Shown here: one piece after another, positions 30,932-39,731 of the stretch
Position numbering within the stretch: the first letter of the stretch is position 1
Layout of the letters: every line of letters begins with the position of its first letter
From: Nannocystis sp.
GTDB taxonomy: Bacteria > Myxococcota_A > Polyangia > Nannocystales > Nannocystaceae
Direction: 5' to 3' (one strand)
Length of the DNA stretch: 64,000 nucleotides
Assembly (NCBI RefSeq): GCF_016717175.1
Contig: NZ_JADKFZ010000003.1
Position numbers and translations under genes: made by a program
Notes under the pieces: generated by a model
Told to the model about the DNA's origin: nothing
What the model saw: only the letters and a program-made list of their open reading frames with translations
Databases searched by the model: none

Positions 30932-33007
30932 TCACTTGCCGTCCTCCGACTTCGGCTTGCCGGGCTTGCTGGACTTGCCGGACTTGCGGCCGGGCTTGCG
31001 GGCCCAGCCCTGTTTGCCGGGCAGCTTGGTGCGGCTCGCGGTCGAGGGGCCGGCGGGGCTCGTCGCGGTGTCGGGGTCGCTGATGGTGTCGTCGCGCATG
31101 ATGCCGGGGCCGGGCTCGGGGTCGATGTCGATGCGGTCGTCGACGTCGTCGGCCTCGGGCGTGGGCTCGGGCGCGGGGGTCGGCTGGTCGTGGCCCTGGC
31201 GCGGCGGGGGCGGCTCTAGGGTGCCGCGCTCGTGGCCGCGGGCGACGTAGACGACGAGCAGGGTGCCGGGCGCGGGGACGTGGTCGCGGGGGAAGTTGTT
31301 GATGCGGCCGAGGTCGCCGTCGCTGAGGTCGAACTTCTTGCCGATCTTCTGCAGGTCGTCGCCCTTGCGGACGCGGTAGCCGCGGCGCACGAGGCCGCGG
31401 TCGCGCAGGCCGGCCTCGATGTGCTCGCGTGAGCCGCGGACGATGAGCTCGACCTGGCTCTGCTCGAGGAGGTCGACGCGGGCCGCGTCGGCGCTGAAGC
31501 TGCGGGGCACGACGATCTGCAGGACCTGGCCGGGCTGCAGGCGGGCCTGGGGGTCGAGGTCGTTCCAGGCGACGACGCTGTCCCAGGCGACGCCGAAGGC
31601 CTCGGCCAGGCCGCGCGGGGTGGTGGCGCGGGTGACCTCGAAGAACACGAGGCGCTGCGAGGGGAGGGTGCGCAGCGGCGGCACGGCGGCGCGTGGGCGG
31701 GGTATGGGGGTGGTGTCGGGCTTGCCGCGGGCTGGCACGAGCAGGACCGTGTCGCGCTCGAGCTCGGCGCTGTCGTCGAGCTCGTTGAGGCGGCGCAGGG
31801 CGGCCTCGCTGGTGCCGTGGCGTCTGGCGATCTCGGCGACGGTCTCGCCGTAGCGGACGATGTGTTGCTGGGCGTCGGCCTCACCGCCGAGGCGGGCGGC
31901 GCCGCGTTCGAAGGCCGCGAGCCCGGCGCGAGGGATCCGCAGCGGGGTGCGGCGACCGGGCGGGGTCCGCTTGCGCACGAGGTCGGCGTTGAGCTCCTCG
32001 AGCAGGGCCGGGTCCTCGCCGATCAGCTTGGCGACGCTGGCCAGCGAGGTCGCGGGCGGGGCCTCGACGGTGACCAGCTGGATCGGGGGCAGGCTGCCCG
32101 AAAGGTCAGGTCCGACGTGGAAGGCGGCGCGGTTGCGGCCGACGATCGCGGCGGCGATGATCTTCGGGACGTACATGGTGGTGGCGTGCGGCAGGCCGCT
32201 CTCCATCTCGCACAGGGCCCAGAAGTTGTTGGTGTTGCTGCGCGAGACGCTGGTCATCACCAGGCCGTAGCCGGCGTTGAAGGCGGCGAGCGCCATCTCC
32301 CACGAGCCGAAGCGGACGCGCAGGTCCTTGAGGTAGGAGGCGGCGGCGTAGGTGGCTCGCTCGAGGTCGTGGCGCTCGTCGATCCAGTAGTCGCGCTGGA
32401 GGCCGTAGACGCGGCCGGTGCCCTCCATGAACTGCCACATGCCGGCGGCGCCGACCCGCGAGCGGACCTTCGGGTTGAAGCCGCTCTCGGCCATGGCGAC
32501 GAACACGAGGTCCTCGGGCACGCCGACCTCGCGGAGGATCGGGCGGAGGATCGCCTCGTAGCGGCCCATGCGGCGGATCCATCCCTTGATCAGGGCTTGC
32601 CCGCGGGGGTCGTCGCGGAAGTACTTGAGGTAGGCGACGGTCTGCGAGTTCCAGCGCACCGGGAGGTCGGGCAGCTGCAGCGCGGCCATCCACGGCTCGG
32701 GCGCAGCGGCGATGATCGTGGGACGGACACTGGCGGGGAAGTGCTCGCGCTCGAAGCTCGCCAGGTCCGCGCGGGCGGCGACGTCGGGGTCGTGCGCTCG
32801 CGGCACGTGTGTCTCGTGGATCGTGGCGCCGTCGGGGCGACCACCGCGGACCGTGTCGCGACCGCTGCTCGAGACCTGCAGCGGACCGACCCGCTCGAGT
32901 GTCTCGGGGGCTGGCTCGCTGGCGTCGAGGGAGCCCGGCGCCAGCAGTGCCAGCGCCCCGAGGACCAGGGCGAGGCGTTCGCGGCGTTGGCGCAAGCGAG
33001 CGAGCAT
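30932..33007 (-). CDS. Membrane-bound lytic murein transglycosylase of the MltD type, with an SLT domain and LysM repeats
   Basis: The SLT catalytic region (…VFVAMAESGFNPKVRSRVGAAGMWQFM…AYNAG) is followed by two or three LysM-like repeats. It has a signal peptide and a basic K/P/G-rich C-terminal tail. Confidence 0.85.
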   Translation of the reverse strand: MLARLRQRRERLALVLGALALLAPGSLDASEPAPETLERVGPLQVSSSGRDTVRGGRPDGATIHETHVPRAHDPDVAARADLASFEREHFPASVRPTIIAAAPEPWMAALQLPDLPVRWNSQTVAYLKYFRDDPRGQALIKGWIRRMGRYEAILRPILREVGVPEDLVFVAMAESGFNPKVRSRVGAAGMWQFMEGTGRVYGLQRDYWIDERHDLERATYAAASYLKDLRVRFGSWEMALAAFNAGYGLVMTSVSRSNTNNFWALCEMESGLPHATTMYVPKIIAAAIVGRNRAAFHVGPDLSGSLPPIQLVTVEAPPATSLASVAKLIGEDPALLEELNADLVRKRTPPGRRTPLRIPRAGLAAFERGAARLGGEADAQQHIVRYGETVAEIARRHGTSEAALRRLNELDDSAELERDTVLLVPARGKPDTTPIPRPRAAVPPLRTLPSQRLVFFEVTRATTPRGLAEAFGVAWDSVVAWNDLDPQARLQPGQVLQIVVPRSFSADAARVDLLEQSQVELIVRGSREHIEAGLRDRGLVRRGYRVRKGDDLQKIGKKFDLSDGDLGRINNFPRDHVPAPGTLLVVYVARGHERGTLEPPPPRQGHDQPTPAPEPTPEADDVDDRIDIDPEPGPGIMRDDTISDPDTATSPAGPSTASRTKLPGKQGWARKPGRKSGKSSKPGKPKSEDGK

Positions 33008-33053
33008 CGCGGCGACGCTAGCAAAGCGGGGCCCGAAGGACTACCTTTCAGCC

Positions 33054-33290
33054 ATGCTCGGCGCCATGCTCGGCGGTCTTGAGATCGCCATCATCATCCT
33101 CGTCATCCTGCTGATCTTCGGGCCCTCCAAGCTGCCGCAGCTCGGTGAGGGCATCGGCAAGATGCTGCGGGGCTTTCGCCGGGAGATCAAACAGATCGAC
33201 GTCGACAAGCGCGAGGAGGATGCGCGTCGCGGTGAGATCGACGTGACGCCGAAGGGCGACGAGAAGCCGAAGTACCAGGGCCCGGGCTAG
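33054..33290 (+). CDS. tatA: Sec-independent translocase subunit TatA/E
   Basis: ML(GAML)GGLEIAIIILVILLIFGPSKLPQLG… is the canonical TatA TM segment followed by an amphipathic helix. The second in-frame ATG, 12 nt downstream, is an alternative start. Confidence 0.85.
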   Translation: MLGAMLGGLEIAIIILVILLIFGPSKLPQLGEGIGKMLRGFRREIKQIDVDKREEDARRGEIDVTPKGDEKPKYQGPG

Positions 33291-33409
33291 GGTGCGCCAG
33301 GCGGGCGCCAGGTGGCGCGCGCAAGTTTGTGGGAAATCAAGAAGCCCGCCGGTGTCCGAGGACACGGCGGGCTTCGTGCTTGTCGCTTGTCAGGGTGTCG
33401 CCAGGGTCG

Positions 33410-34372
33410 CTAGCGGTTGAGCAGGACGACGGCGACGACGGCCGCGACGATCAGCGTGACGATGATGACGTAGATGACGCTCGGGCTGCCTGGCTCGGGC
33501 GGCTTGACGGCGGGCTTGGTCTCGGCGGGCTTGGTCTCGCTGGGCTTGGTCTCGGGTTTGTCGGCGTGCGGGCCGGACTGCGCCGCGATGTCCTCGGGCG
33601 GCGGGGTCGGCTGCTCGCTCGGGGCCGGGCCGCTGCTGACGACGCTGGCCACCGGGGGCGTGTGCGGCGGCTTGCGATCGTTGGGCTGAGACGGCTCGGC
33701 GCTGCGGGGCTCGACCTTCGCCGGGTCGCCGGGCTCGACAACATCGACGCCCTTGCCGGCGCGCATCGACGGGCCGGCGGTGGTGGCAGCGACGGGGGTC
33801 GGGGTCGCGGCGACAGGGCTCGCGTCCATGCTGACGGGCTTCTTGGAGGGCACCTGCAGCATGGTCTTGCTGCCCGCGCTGCGGACGCTGGTCGCCGCGG
33901 CGGGGGTGCTGGCGGGAGTGCCGGCGGGAGTGCTGGCTGAGGTGCTGGCCGACGTGCTTGCGACCGGGGCCGGGCTGCTGACGGGGCGCTGCAGCGGGCG
34001 CACCGGGGTGGCGGCGGCGACGGGCGTGGCAGCGGGCGTATGCGCCGGCGTGTGCGCGGGCGTCTGGGCGGGAGCTCGGGTGCCGCCGACTGCACTCTGA
34101 GCAGAGCTTTGAACCGTCACGGCGGTGACGCCAGCCCGCGGCTGAGCGTCGGGCTTGCTGGTCACGTGGTCGTAGACGCTGGCGTAGGCTTCGACGGACT
34201 CGAAGCCCTGGGCGAACTGGTGGCCGGCCTCGCGGAGGGACGGCTCGTTCGCGGCCTCGAAGTCGAGGATGATGCGGTACTCGCAGTGCGGGCACGCGGT
34301 CTGGACCAGCGGCGCGATCTGCTCGGCGGGGATGCGATACGGACCGGAACAGGACGGGCAGACGATGAACAT
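33410..34372 (-). CDS. MJ0042-type zinc-ribbon protein with a Pro/Ala/Thr-rich linker and a C-terminal TM anchor
   Basis: MFIVCPSCSGPYRIPAEQ…CPHCEYRII is the zinc ribbon. A long low-complexity region follows. The C-terminus is …VIYVIIVTLIVAAVVAVVLLNR. Confidence 0.7.
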   Translation of the reverse strand: MFIVCPSCSGPYRIPAEQIAPLVQTACPHCEYRIILDFEAANEPSLREAGHQFAQGFESVEAYASVYDHVTSKPDAQPRAGVTAVTVQSSAQSAVGGTRAPAQTPAHTPAHTPAATPVAAATPVRPLQRPVSSPAPVASTSASTSASTPAGTPASTPAAATSVRSAGSKTMLQVPSKKPVSMDASPVAATPTPVAATTAGPSMRAGKGVDVVEPGDPAKVEPRSAEPSQPNDRKPPHTPPVASVVSSGPAPSEQPTPPPEDIAAQSGPHADKPETKPSETKPAETKPAVKPPEPGSPSVIYVIIVTLIVAAVVAVVLLNR

Positions 34373-35266
34373 TTAGAAGTCCAGACCGAGAGAGAGGGTG
34401 TACTGCTGCTGCAGGCCCGAGTTGTCGGCGACGCTCATTCCGTTCAGCTTGCCGTTGCGGTTGCCACCCGGGACGATCATCGCCTCGGCGGTGATGCGGA
34501 TGACGCTGAAGATGAAGCGCAGGCCGAGGAAGGGGCGGTGGCGCAGGATTGCCCCGGCGTCCTTGAACACGAACTCACTGAGCTTGCCGGAGGGGTTCAG
34601 GTACTCGTCGGTGGTCGGGGTCACGTCGAGCACGCCGGAGCGGGCGATGATGAAGAGCGCCTGGTAGCCGAGGTAAGGCGTGACGTTGACGGTCTTGCCG
34701 AGGCCGAAGACGTGCGAGATGGACACGTCGGCCGAGCCGGTGGTCATGTTCATGTCCTCGGCGCCGACCAGGCGGGAGAACATGCCGCGCAGGGCGATCG
34801 AGGGGATCGGGAGGTGGTGGAAGCCCTCGTGCAGGGCGACCTTGCCGTAGCCGCTGATCGTCCACATGCGGCTGTTGAAGAGGTGGGTCGCGCCGGCGCC
34901 GATCTCGATGCCGGGCCACAGGCCCTTGCGGCCCATCACCTGCAGCGTGGGCGCCACGCTGTTCGGGGTGCCGCGCGTGACGCCGTTGCCCCAATTGCCG
35001 GGCTTGATGGTGTTGACGCTGAGGTCGGCCGAGAACGCGAAGCCCGAGAGGCCTAGCGAGTCCGCCGGGTCGACGGGCTTCGGCGCCATCAACACGCCGA
35101 GCTCGGATGCGAGGCTGCGGAACGCGTCGTTGTTGCCCGTCGCTGCGCCACCGCTGTCCACGTTCCCCAGCTGGTTGAGCCGGAGGTCGTAGGCGCCTGC
35201 CCATGCCTCCGACGAGTGGAGACCGAGAGCTGCTAGGGCAAACGAGAAGAGGAACCGTCTAGGCAT
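34373..35266 (-). CDS. Outer-membrane beta-barrel protein (porin-like), hypothetical
   Basis: It has a signal peptide (MPRRFLFSFALAALGLHSSEAWA), alternating amphipathic beta-strand pattern, and a C-terminal Phe (…LSLGLDF*). Its stop abuts the next gene's start. Confidence 0.65.
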   Translation of the reverse strand: MPRRFLFSFALAALGLHSSEAWAGAYDLRLNQLGNVDSGGAATGNNDAFRSLASELGVLMAPKPVDPADSLGLSGFAFSADLSVNTIKPGNWGNGVTRGTPNSVAPTLQVMGRKGLWPGIEIGAGATHLFNSRMWTISGYGKVALHEGFHHLPIPSIALRGMFSRLVGAEDMNMTTGSADVSISHVFGLGKTVNVTPYLGYQALFIIARSGVLDVTPTTDEYLNPSGKLSEFVFKDAGAILRHRPFLGLRFIFSVIRITAEAMIVPGGNRNGKLNGMSVADNSGLQQQYTLSLGLDF

Positions 35267-35464
35267 GCAGAGCTCCGAGAATCAGCGGTCGGCGCAGCGT
35301 AGCTTGCGCCAGCGAGGCGTGTCAAGGTTCGCGCTTGGGCCCTCTGGGCCGGCGATAACGCCCGATCTGAGGGATCTGCCGCGATCCAGAGGAGCCGTCG
35401 CGGCGGGGGTTTTGGGGTGAGATCCGAGGTGTTCGAAAGCCCCGTGAACGATCGATGAGGCGAG

Positions 35465-37621
35465 GTGATGAGGCTCCCAAAGGGGGGCAAGCAACAAGGG
35501 GCCAACAAGGGGGGCCAACAGGGGGCCAACAAGAGGGGCCAACAAGGGGGCCAACAAGGGGGCCAACAGGGGGCCAACGCGGGAATGGTGACGCGAGTGA
35601 CAAGCGCAGGGGAGGCTGTTAGCTTCGCGGCCCGTTCGCGCCCGCCGCGACGATACCAAGATTTCTTGGGCTTTCGTGGCCCGGCGAGTGGCTCAAACCG
35701 GTTTTCATCCTTGGCCTCACCCTCGGAGCAGCAGCGCCAGCAGCACGTCAGGGGGCCCTCCTTCACGGGCCCGGGCGGGGCGCGTCCGCGAGCCGTTCAG
35801 GTGCTGCTGTTGCTGCTGTTCGTGATCTCGTGGGCGGCGCCGCTGGGGCTGGTGGCGTTGCTGGGGCTGTTGCCGCCGGATCTGCCGCGGTGGCTCGCCG
35901 GGGCGCTGACCACGGCGGGCGTCGTCGGGGCCGGGGCGCTGGCGGTGCTGCTGCTGCGCTGGTTGCTGTCGGGGGCGCTTGGGTACGAGAGCGCGATCGG
36001 GCTGCGGATCATCCGGGCCGAGCGGGTGCCCCGTGGGGCCCGCGTGGCCTTCGTTTGGTGCGTGCTGATCGCGGTCGGCGGGCTCCTGGCGCTGAGCCTC
36101 GGGGTCACGCATCTGGGCCTGGTGATCGCGGTGGCGGCGGCGAGCTTCCTCGGCCTGCTGCTGCTGCTGGTCCAGTATTCGTCGATCTTCGGGACCACCA
36201 GCATCGTCGGGGTGGTGCTCGGGGTGGCGGCGCTGATCGTGGTCCAGTCGGTGGCCACGGGCTTCCAGCACGAGTTCGAGCGGCGGGTGCTCGGGGTCTA
36301 CGCGCACATCAACGTCACGCGCAGCACCGGGATGACCGAGTATCGCCGCTTCGAGGCGTGGCTGCGGACCCAGCCGGGGGTCACCGGGGCGAGCCCCTTC
36401 GTGTACTACGCGATGATGCTGGCGCCCTTCGACCCGGAGGGCGGGCGCACCGACGACCTGCGCCTGGCGAGCGTGCTGGTGAAGGGGATCGAGCCGGAGA
36501 CGGCGGCGCAGGTGATCGACCTGCCGCAGCACCTCGAACGCGGCAGCGGGCGAGCGATCCCCCTGGAGGTGCTGCGCAGCGACTTCGAGCTGATGCCGGT
36601 GCCCGACCGCGAGGCGGATGAGCTGCCCTTCGCGGTCGCGGCGACGCCGGACCCGCGCGGGGCGGGCTGGTACGAGCGGGCCATGGAGCACTACGCGGCG
36701 GCGCCGGCGGTGCGCAAGCGGATCCCGGGGGAGATCCGCAGCGATCTGCTGGACGACGACGAGTGGCCGGAGGACGTGGTCAGCGGCTCCGGGAGCGGGG
36801 GCGACGACGCCCGCTTCGACGCCAGCGCCCTGCCGACGATCTTCGTCGGGGCGACGCTGGCCAAGGAGCTCGGGCTGAAGGAGGAGTCGCTGGTGATGGT
36901 GGTCGACCCGGGCTCGAGCTTCGACAGCAGCAGCGAGCCCGAATTCCAGTACTACCGGGTCGTGGGCGTGTTCCAGGCCGGGTTCCAGGAGTACGACAGC
37001 CGGCTGGTGTACGTGCACATCCGGGAGCTGCAGCGCTTCAAGTATCGCGGCCGCGATCAGGTGTCGGGGATCGACCTGCGCCTGATCGACCCGAACCTGG
37101 CGCCGGCGGTCGGCGGGGCGATCCGGGCGGCGCTGCCGGGCCGCGAGTACTCGGTGCTCGAGTGGCAGAACCTGAACGAGAACCTGTTCAAGTCGATCCG
37201 CTTCCAGAAGAACATCATCACGATCATCCTCAGCCTGGTGATCACGGTGGCGACCTTCAACGTGCTGTCGGCGCTGTGGACGATGGTGGTGCGGCGATCG
37301 GCGGAGGTGGCGATCCTGATGTCGATGGGGGCCACCGGCGGGCAGGTGGCGCGCATCTTCCAGGTGACCGGGATGGCGATCGGGCTGTCGGGCTCGCTCG
37401 CGGGGGTGGGCTTCGGGCTGGTGCTGTGCTGGCTGGTTCAGCTCTACGGCTACACCCTCGACCCCGAGGTCTATTTTATCGAGTCGCTGCCGGTCGAGAT
37501 CAGCGTGACGCAGATCGGCTGGATCCTCGGCATGACCCTGGCGATCTGCTTCGTCGCCACGCTCCCGCCCTCGCTGCGCGCGGCCAAGCTGCGGCCGGTC
37601 GAGGGGCTGCGCTACGAGTAG
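35465..37621 (+). CDS. FtsX-like ABC-transporter permease of the LolC/E/MacB family, with an N-terminal extension
   Basis: It has MacB-type periplasmic and FtsX TM domains (…IVGVVLGVAALIVVQSVATGFQ…, C-terminal …LPPSLRAAKLRPVEGLRYE). The start is uncertain: the ATG at 35465 precedes an imperfect 12-nt tandem repeat (GGGGCCAACAAG ×~7, 35496-35580) encoding GANK/GQQ repeats. Confidence 0.75.
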   Translation: MMRLPKGGKQQGANKGGQQGANKRGQQGGQQGGQQGANAGMVTRVTSAGEAVSFAARSRPPRRYQDFLGFRGPASGSNRFSSLASPSEQQRQQHVRGPSFTGPGGARPRAVQVLLLLLFVISWAAPLGLVALLGLLPPDLPRWLAGALTTAGVVGAGALAVLLLRWLLSGALGYESAIGLRIIRAERVPRGARVAFVWCVLIAVGGLLALSLGVTHLGLVIAVAAASFLGLLLLLVQYSSIFGTTSIVGVVLGVAALIVVQSVATGFQHEFERRVLGVYAHINVTRSTGMTEYRRFEAWLRTQPGVTGASPFVYYAMMLAPFDPEGGRTDDLRLASVLVKGIEPETAAQVIDLPQHLERGSGRAIPLEVLRSDFELMPVPDREADELPFAVAATPDPRGAGWYERAMEHYAAAPAVRKRIPGEIRSDLLDDDEWPEDVVSGSGSGGDDARFDASALPTIFVGATLAKELGLKEESLVMVVDPGSSFDSSSEPEFQYYRVVGVFQAGFQEYDSRLVYVHIRELQRFKYRGRDQVSGIDLRLIDPNLAPAVGGAIRAALPGREYSVLEWQNLNENLFKSIRFQKNIITIILSLVITVATFNVLSALWTMVVRRSAEVAILMSMGATGGQVARIFQVTGMAIGLSGSLAGVGFGLVLCWLVQLYGYTLDPEVYFIESLPVEISVTQIGWILGMTLAICFVATLPPSLRAAKLRPVEGLRYE

Positions 37622-37625
37622 AGCT

Positions 37626-39095
37626 GTGACGAAGGGGTCCGTGGCGCGGGGCGGCCTGGTGTGGATGGTGGCGCGGCGCCTGCTGCTGCGCGATGCGCAG
37701 GGCGGGTCGCGGGTGTGGTGGATCGCGCTGCTGGCGACGATCGCGATCGGCGGCGGGCTGGTGCTGCTCGGGGTGCGCTCGGTGGCGCCGCCGCTGGCGG
37801 TGGCGATCGCGGCGCTCGGTCTGCTCGGCGGGGCCTGCGTGCGCGCGCTGACCCCCGCGGTGGCGGTGGCGGTGTTCGGCATGAGCCTCGGGGTCGCGGC
37901 GCTGGTGACGGTGCTCGGTGTGACCTCGGGCTTCGAGTACGAGCTGACGGCCCGGCTGGCGCGCATCAACGGGCACGTGCTGATCAGCGAGTACGGCCAG
38001 GACTTCGACGAGTACCCGGAGATGGTCGCCCGCTGGCGCGCCGACCCGCGGGTCACGGCGGCCTCGCCGTTCGCGTTCGCGACGGCCGCGGTGGTGCCGG
38101 CGACGGAGGAGGCCGAGGCGGAGGATGGAGCTGTCCCTGAGGACAGGCCCGAGGACAGGCCCGAGGACAGGCCAGTCCGGCCGCCGGCGATCGCGTTCGT
38201 GAAGGGGCTCGACCCGGCGCGGGCCTTCGAGCTGCCGGGTGTGGTGGCGATGCTGCACGGCGGCGACCTGACGGTGCTGCGCCCGGGCGACTGGCAGACG
38301 CCGCCGGGGGTCGCGCTCGGGCGCCGGCTGGCGACGCGGCTGGGGGTGAAGGTCGGCGACTTCGTGCGCCTGGTGATCCCGGCCGAGCTCGAGGGGGCGT
38401 CGGGCTCGCTGCAGCGGCCGCCTCGCTTCGCCCGCTTCGCGGTGCTCGACCTGCTCGACACGGGGGTCAGCGAGTTCGACACCTCGTTGGCGCTGATCCA
38501 CCTCAGCGCCGGGCAGGCGCTGTTCTTCGGCGAGGGCCGGGTGACCGGGGTGGAGTTCGCGCTGCGGGATCCGGAGGACGCCGATGCGTTCGCGGCGGAG
38601 GTCATCGCCGCGGCGGGTCCGAACTTTCGCGCGACGACGTGGCGGCAGCAGAGCGAGGGGACGATCGCGGGGCTGCGACAGATCCGCGTCGCGGTGGCGC
38701 TGGTGCTCGCGCTGCTCGAGGTGGTCGCGGCGACGGCGTTGATCGCTAGCCTGCTGTTGCTGGTGCGGCGCAAGACGGCCGAGATCGCGGCGCTGATGGC
38801 CCTCGGGGCCGACGGTCGCCGGGTGTTCTGGATCTTCGAGGCGGTCGGGCTGCTGGCCGGGGCCGTGGGGGCTCTGGTGGGCGTGCTGCTCGGGCTGCTG
38901 CTGAGCGGATTGCTGGCGGTGTACCGCTACCCGCTGAGCGGCGACGTGTACCCGGTCGAGCACCTGCCGGTGCGGTTGATGGCGCTGGACGTGCTGCTGC
39001 CGGGTTTGGCGGCGGTGCTGCTGTGCGGGCTGGTGAGCGGTCCGGTGGCGCTCATCGCCGCGAAGCAGCCGCTGCTGCCGGGCCTGCGGCGCTGA
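37626..39095 (+). CDS. Second FtsX-like ABC-transporter permease (LolC/E family)
   Basis: It has N-terminal and C-terminal FtsX TM bundles around a periplasmic domain, and an EDRPEDRPEDRP micro-repeat at 38141-38176. No ABC ATPase gene is adjacent. Confidence 0.8.
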   Translation: MTKGSVARGGLVWMVARRLLLRDAQGGSRVWWIALLATIAIGGGLVLLGVRSVAPPLAVAIAALGLLGGACVRALTPAVAVAVFGMSLGVAALVTVLGVTSGFEYELTARLARINGHVLISEYGQDFDEYPEMVARWRADPRVTAASPFAFATAAVVPATEEAEAEDGAVPEDRPEDRPEDRPVRPPAIAFVKGLDPARAFELPGVVAMLHGGDLTVLRPGDWQTPPGVALGRRLATRLGVKVGDFVRLVIPAELEGASGSLQRPPRFARFAVLDLLDTGVSEFDTSLALIHLSAGQALFFGEGRVTGVEFALRDPEDADAFAAEVIAAAGPNFRATTWRQQSEGTIAGLRQIRVAVALVLALLEVVAATALIASLLLLVRRKTAEIAALMALGADGRRVFWIFEAVGLLAGAVGALVGVLLGLLLSGLLAVYRYPLSGDVYPVEHLPVRLMALDVLLPGLAAVLLCGLVSGPVALIAAKQPLLPGLRR

Positions 39096-39250
39096 CGATC
39101 GGCCCGGCGAGCGCGGCGATCGATGGCGCGGTCGAGGCGCTCGCCGAGGTCGCGCGGCTGCCCCGACGCTGCGGCTGCGATCGCGCGGCGAGGGCTCGCT
39201 TGACCCCGCGGTGTGGCGACGCCTACCGTGGGGCACTGGAGGTCTTGATC

Positions 39251-39709
39251 ATGCAACGCTCGCTCGTCCTTGCTGCTCCTGCGCTCGCCCTCGCCGGTGT
39301 CGCGCTGATGTCCACACCGGCGCAGGCCGGGAAGGGGATCGTGCTGATCACCTCGGGAGATTCGGTGGCGCATTACGCCGACCTGACGGGCGAGATGAAG
39401 AAGATGGCCGACGAGGCGACCGGGCATGACGTCCAGCTCGGCTACAAGTACAGCCAGTTCGGGCTGTTCTGGCTCGAGCTGTGGACCTGGGACGGCGAGT
39501 ACGTGCTGTTCCACGACGACACGGTGTGGGAGCTGACGCCGGATCAGGCGGCCGAGATGTTGGCGGTGAAGGTGGAGGAGCTCGGGACGCCGTGGCGCTT
39601 CAAGCTGCCGTTCGGGCTGATGATCTTGATCGGGCTCGGGGCCGCGGCGCTGGTGTGGTCGCGGATGAAGGGCAAGGACGAGGGCCCCGCGGCGCCGACT
39701 GCCGGGTGA
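39251..39709 (+). CDS. Small exported protein with a C-terminal TM helix, hypothetical
   Basis: It has a signal peptide (MQRSLVLAAPALALAGVALMSTPAQA) and a C-terminal hydrophobic segment (LPFGLMILIGLGAAALVW). Confidence 0.55.
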   Translation: MQRSLVLAAPALALAGVALMSTPAQAGKGIVLITSGDSVAHYADLTGEMKKMADEATGHDVQLGYKYSQFGLFWLELWTWDGEYVLFHDDTVWELTPDQAAEMLAVKVEELGTPWRFKLPFGLMILIGLGAAALVWSRMKGKDEGPAAPTAG

Positions 39710-39731
39710 GCAGGCGGGTGAGGAGGCGCGA

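Noticed and set aside
35496-35580. CRISPR array candidates: the 12-nt, 14-nt and 76-nt tandem repeats
   Set aside because: The repeats are directly abutting or have only 3-nt spacers. There are no unique spacers of 25-40 nt and no cas genes in the window.
35717-38773. A 1018-aa minus-strand ORF spanning both permease genes
   Set aside because: It is antisense to two genes with clear FtsX TM topology. Its translation is arginine-rich low complexity.
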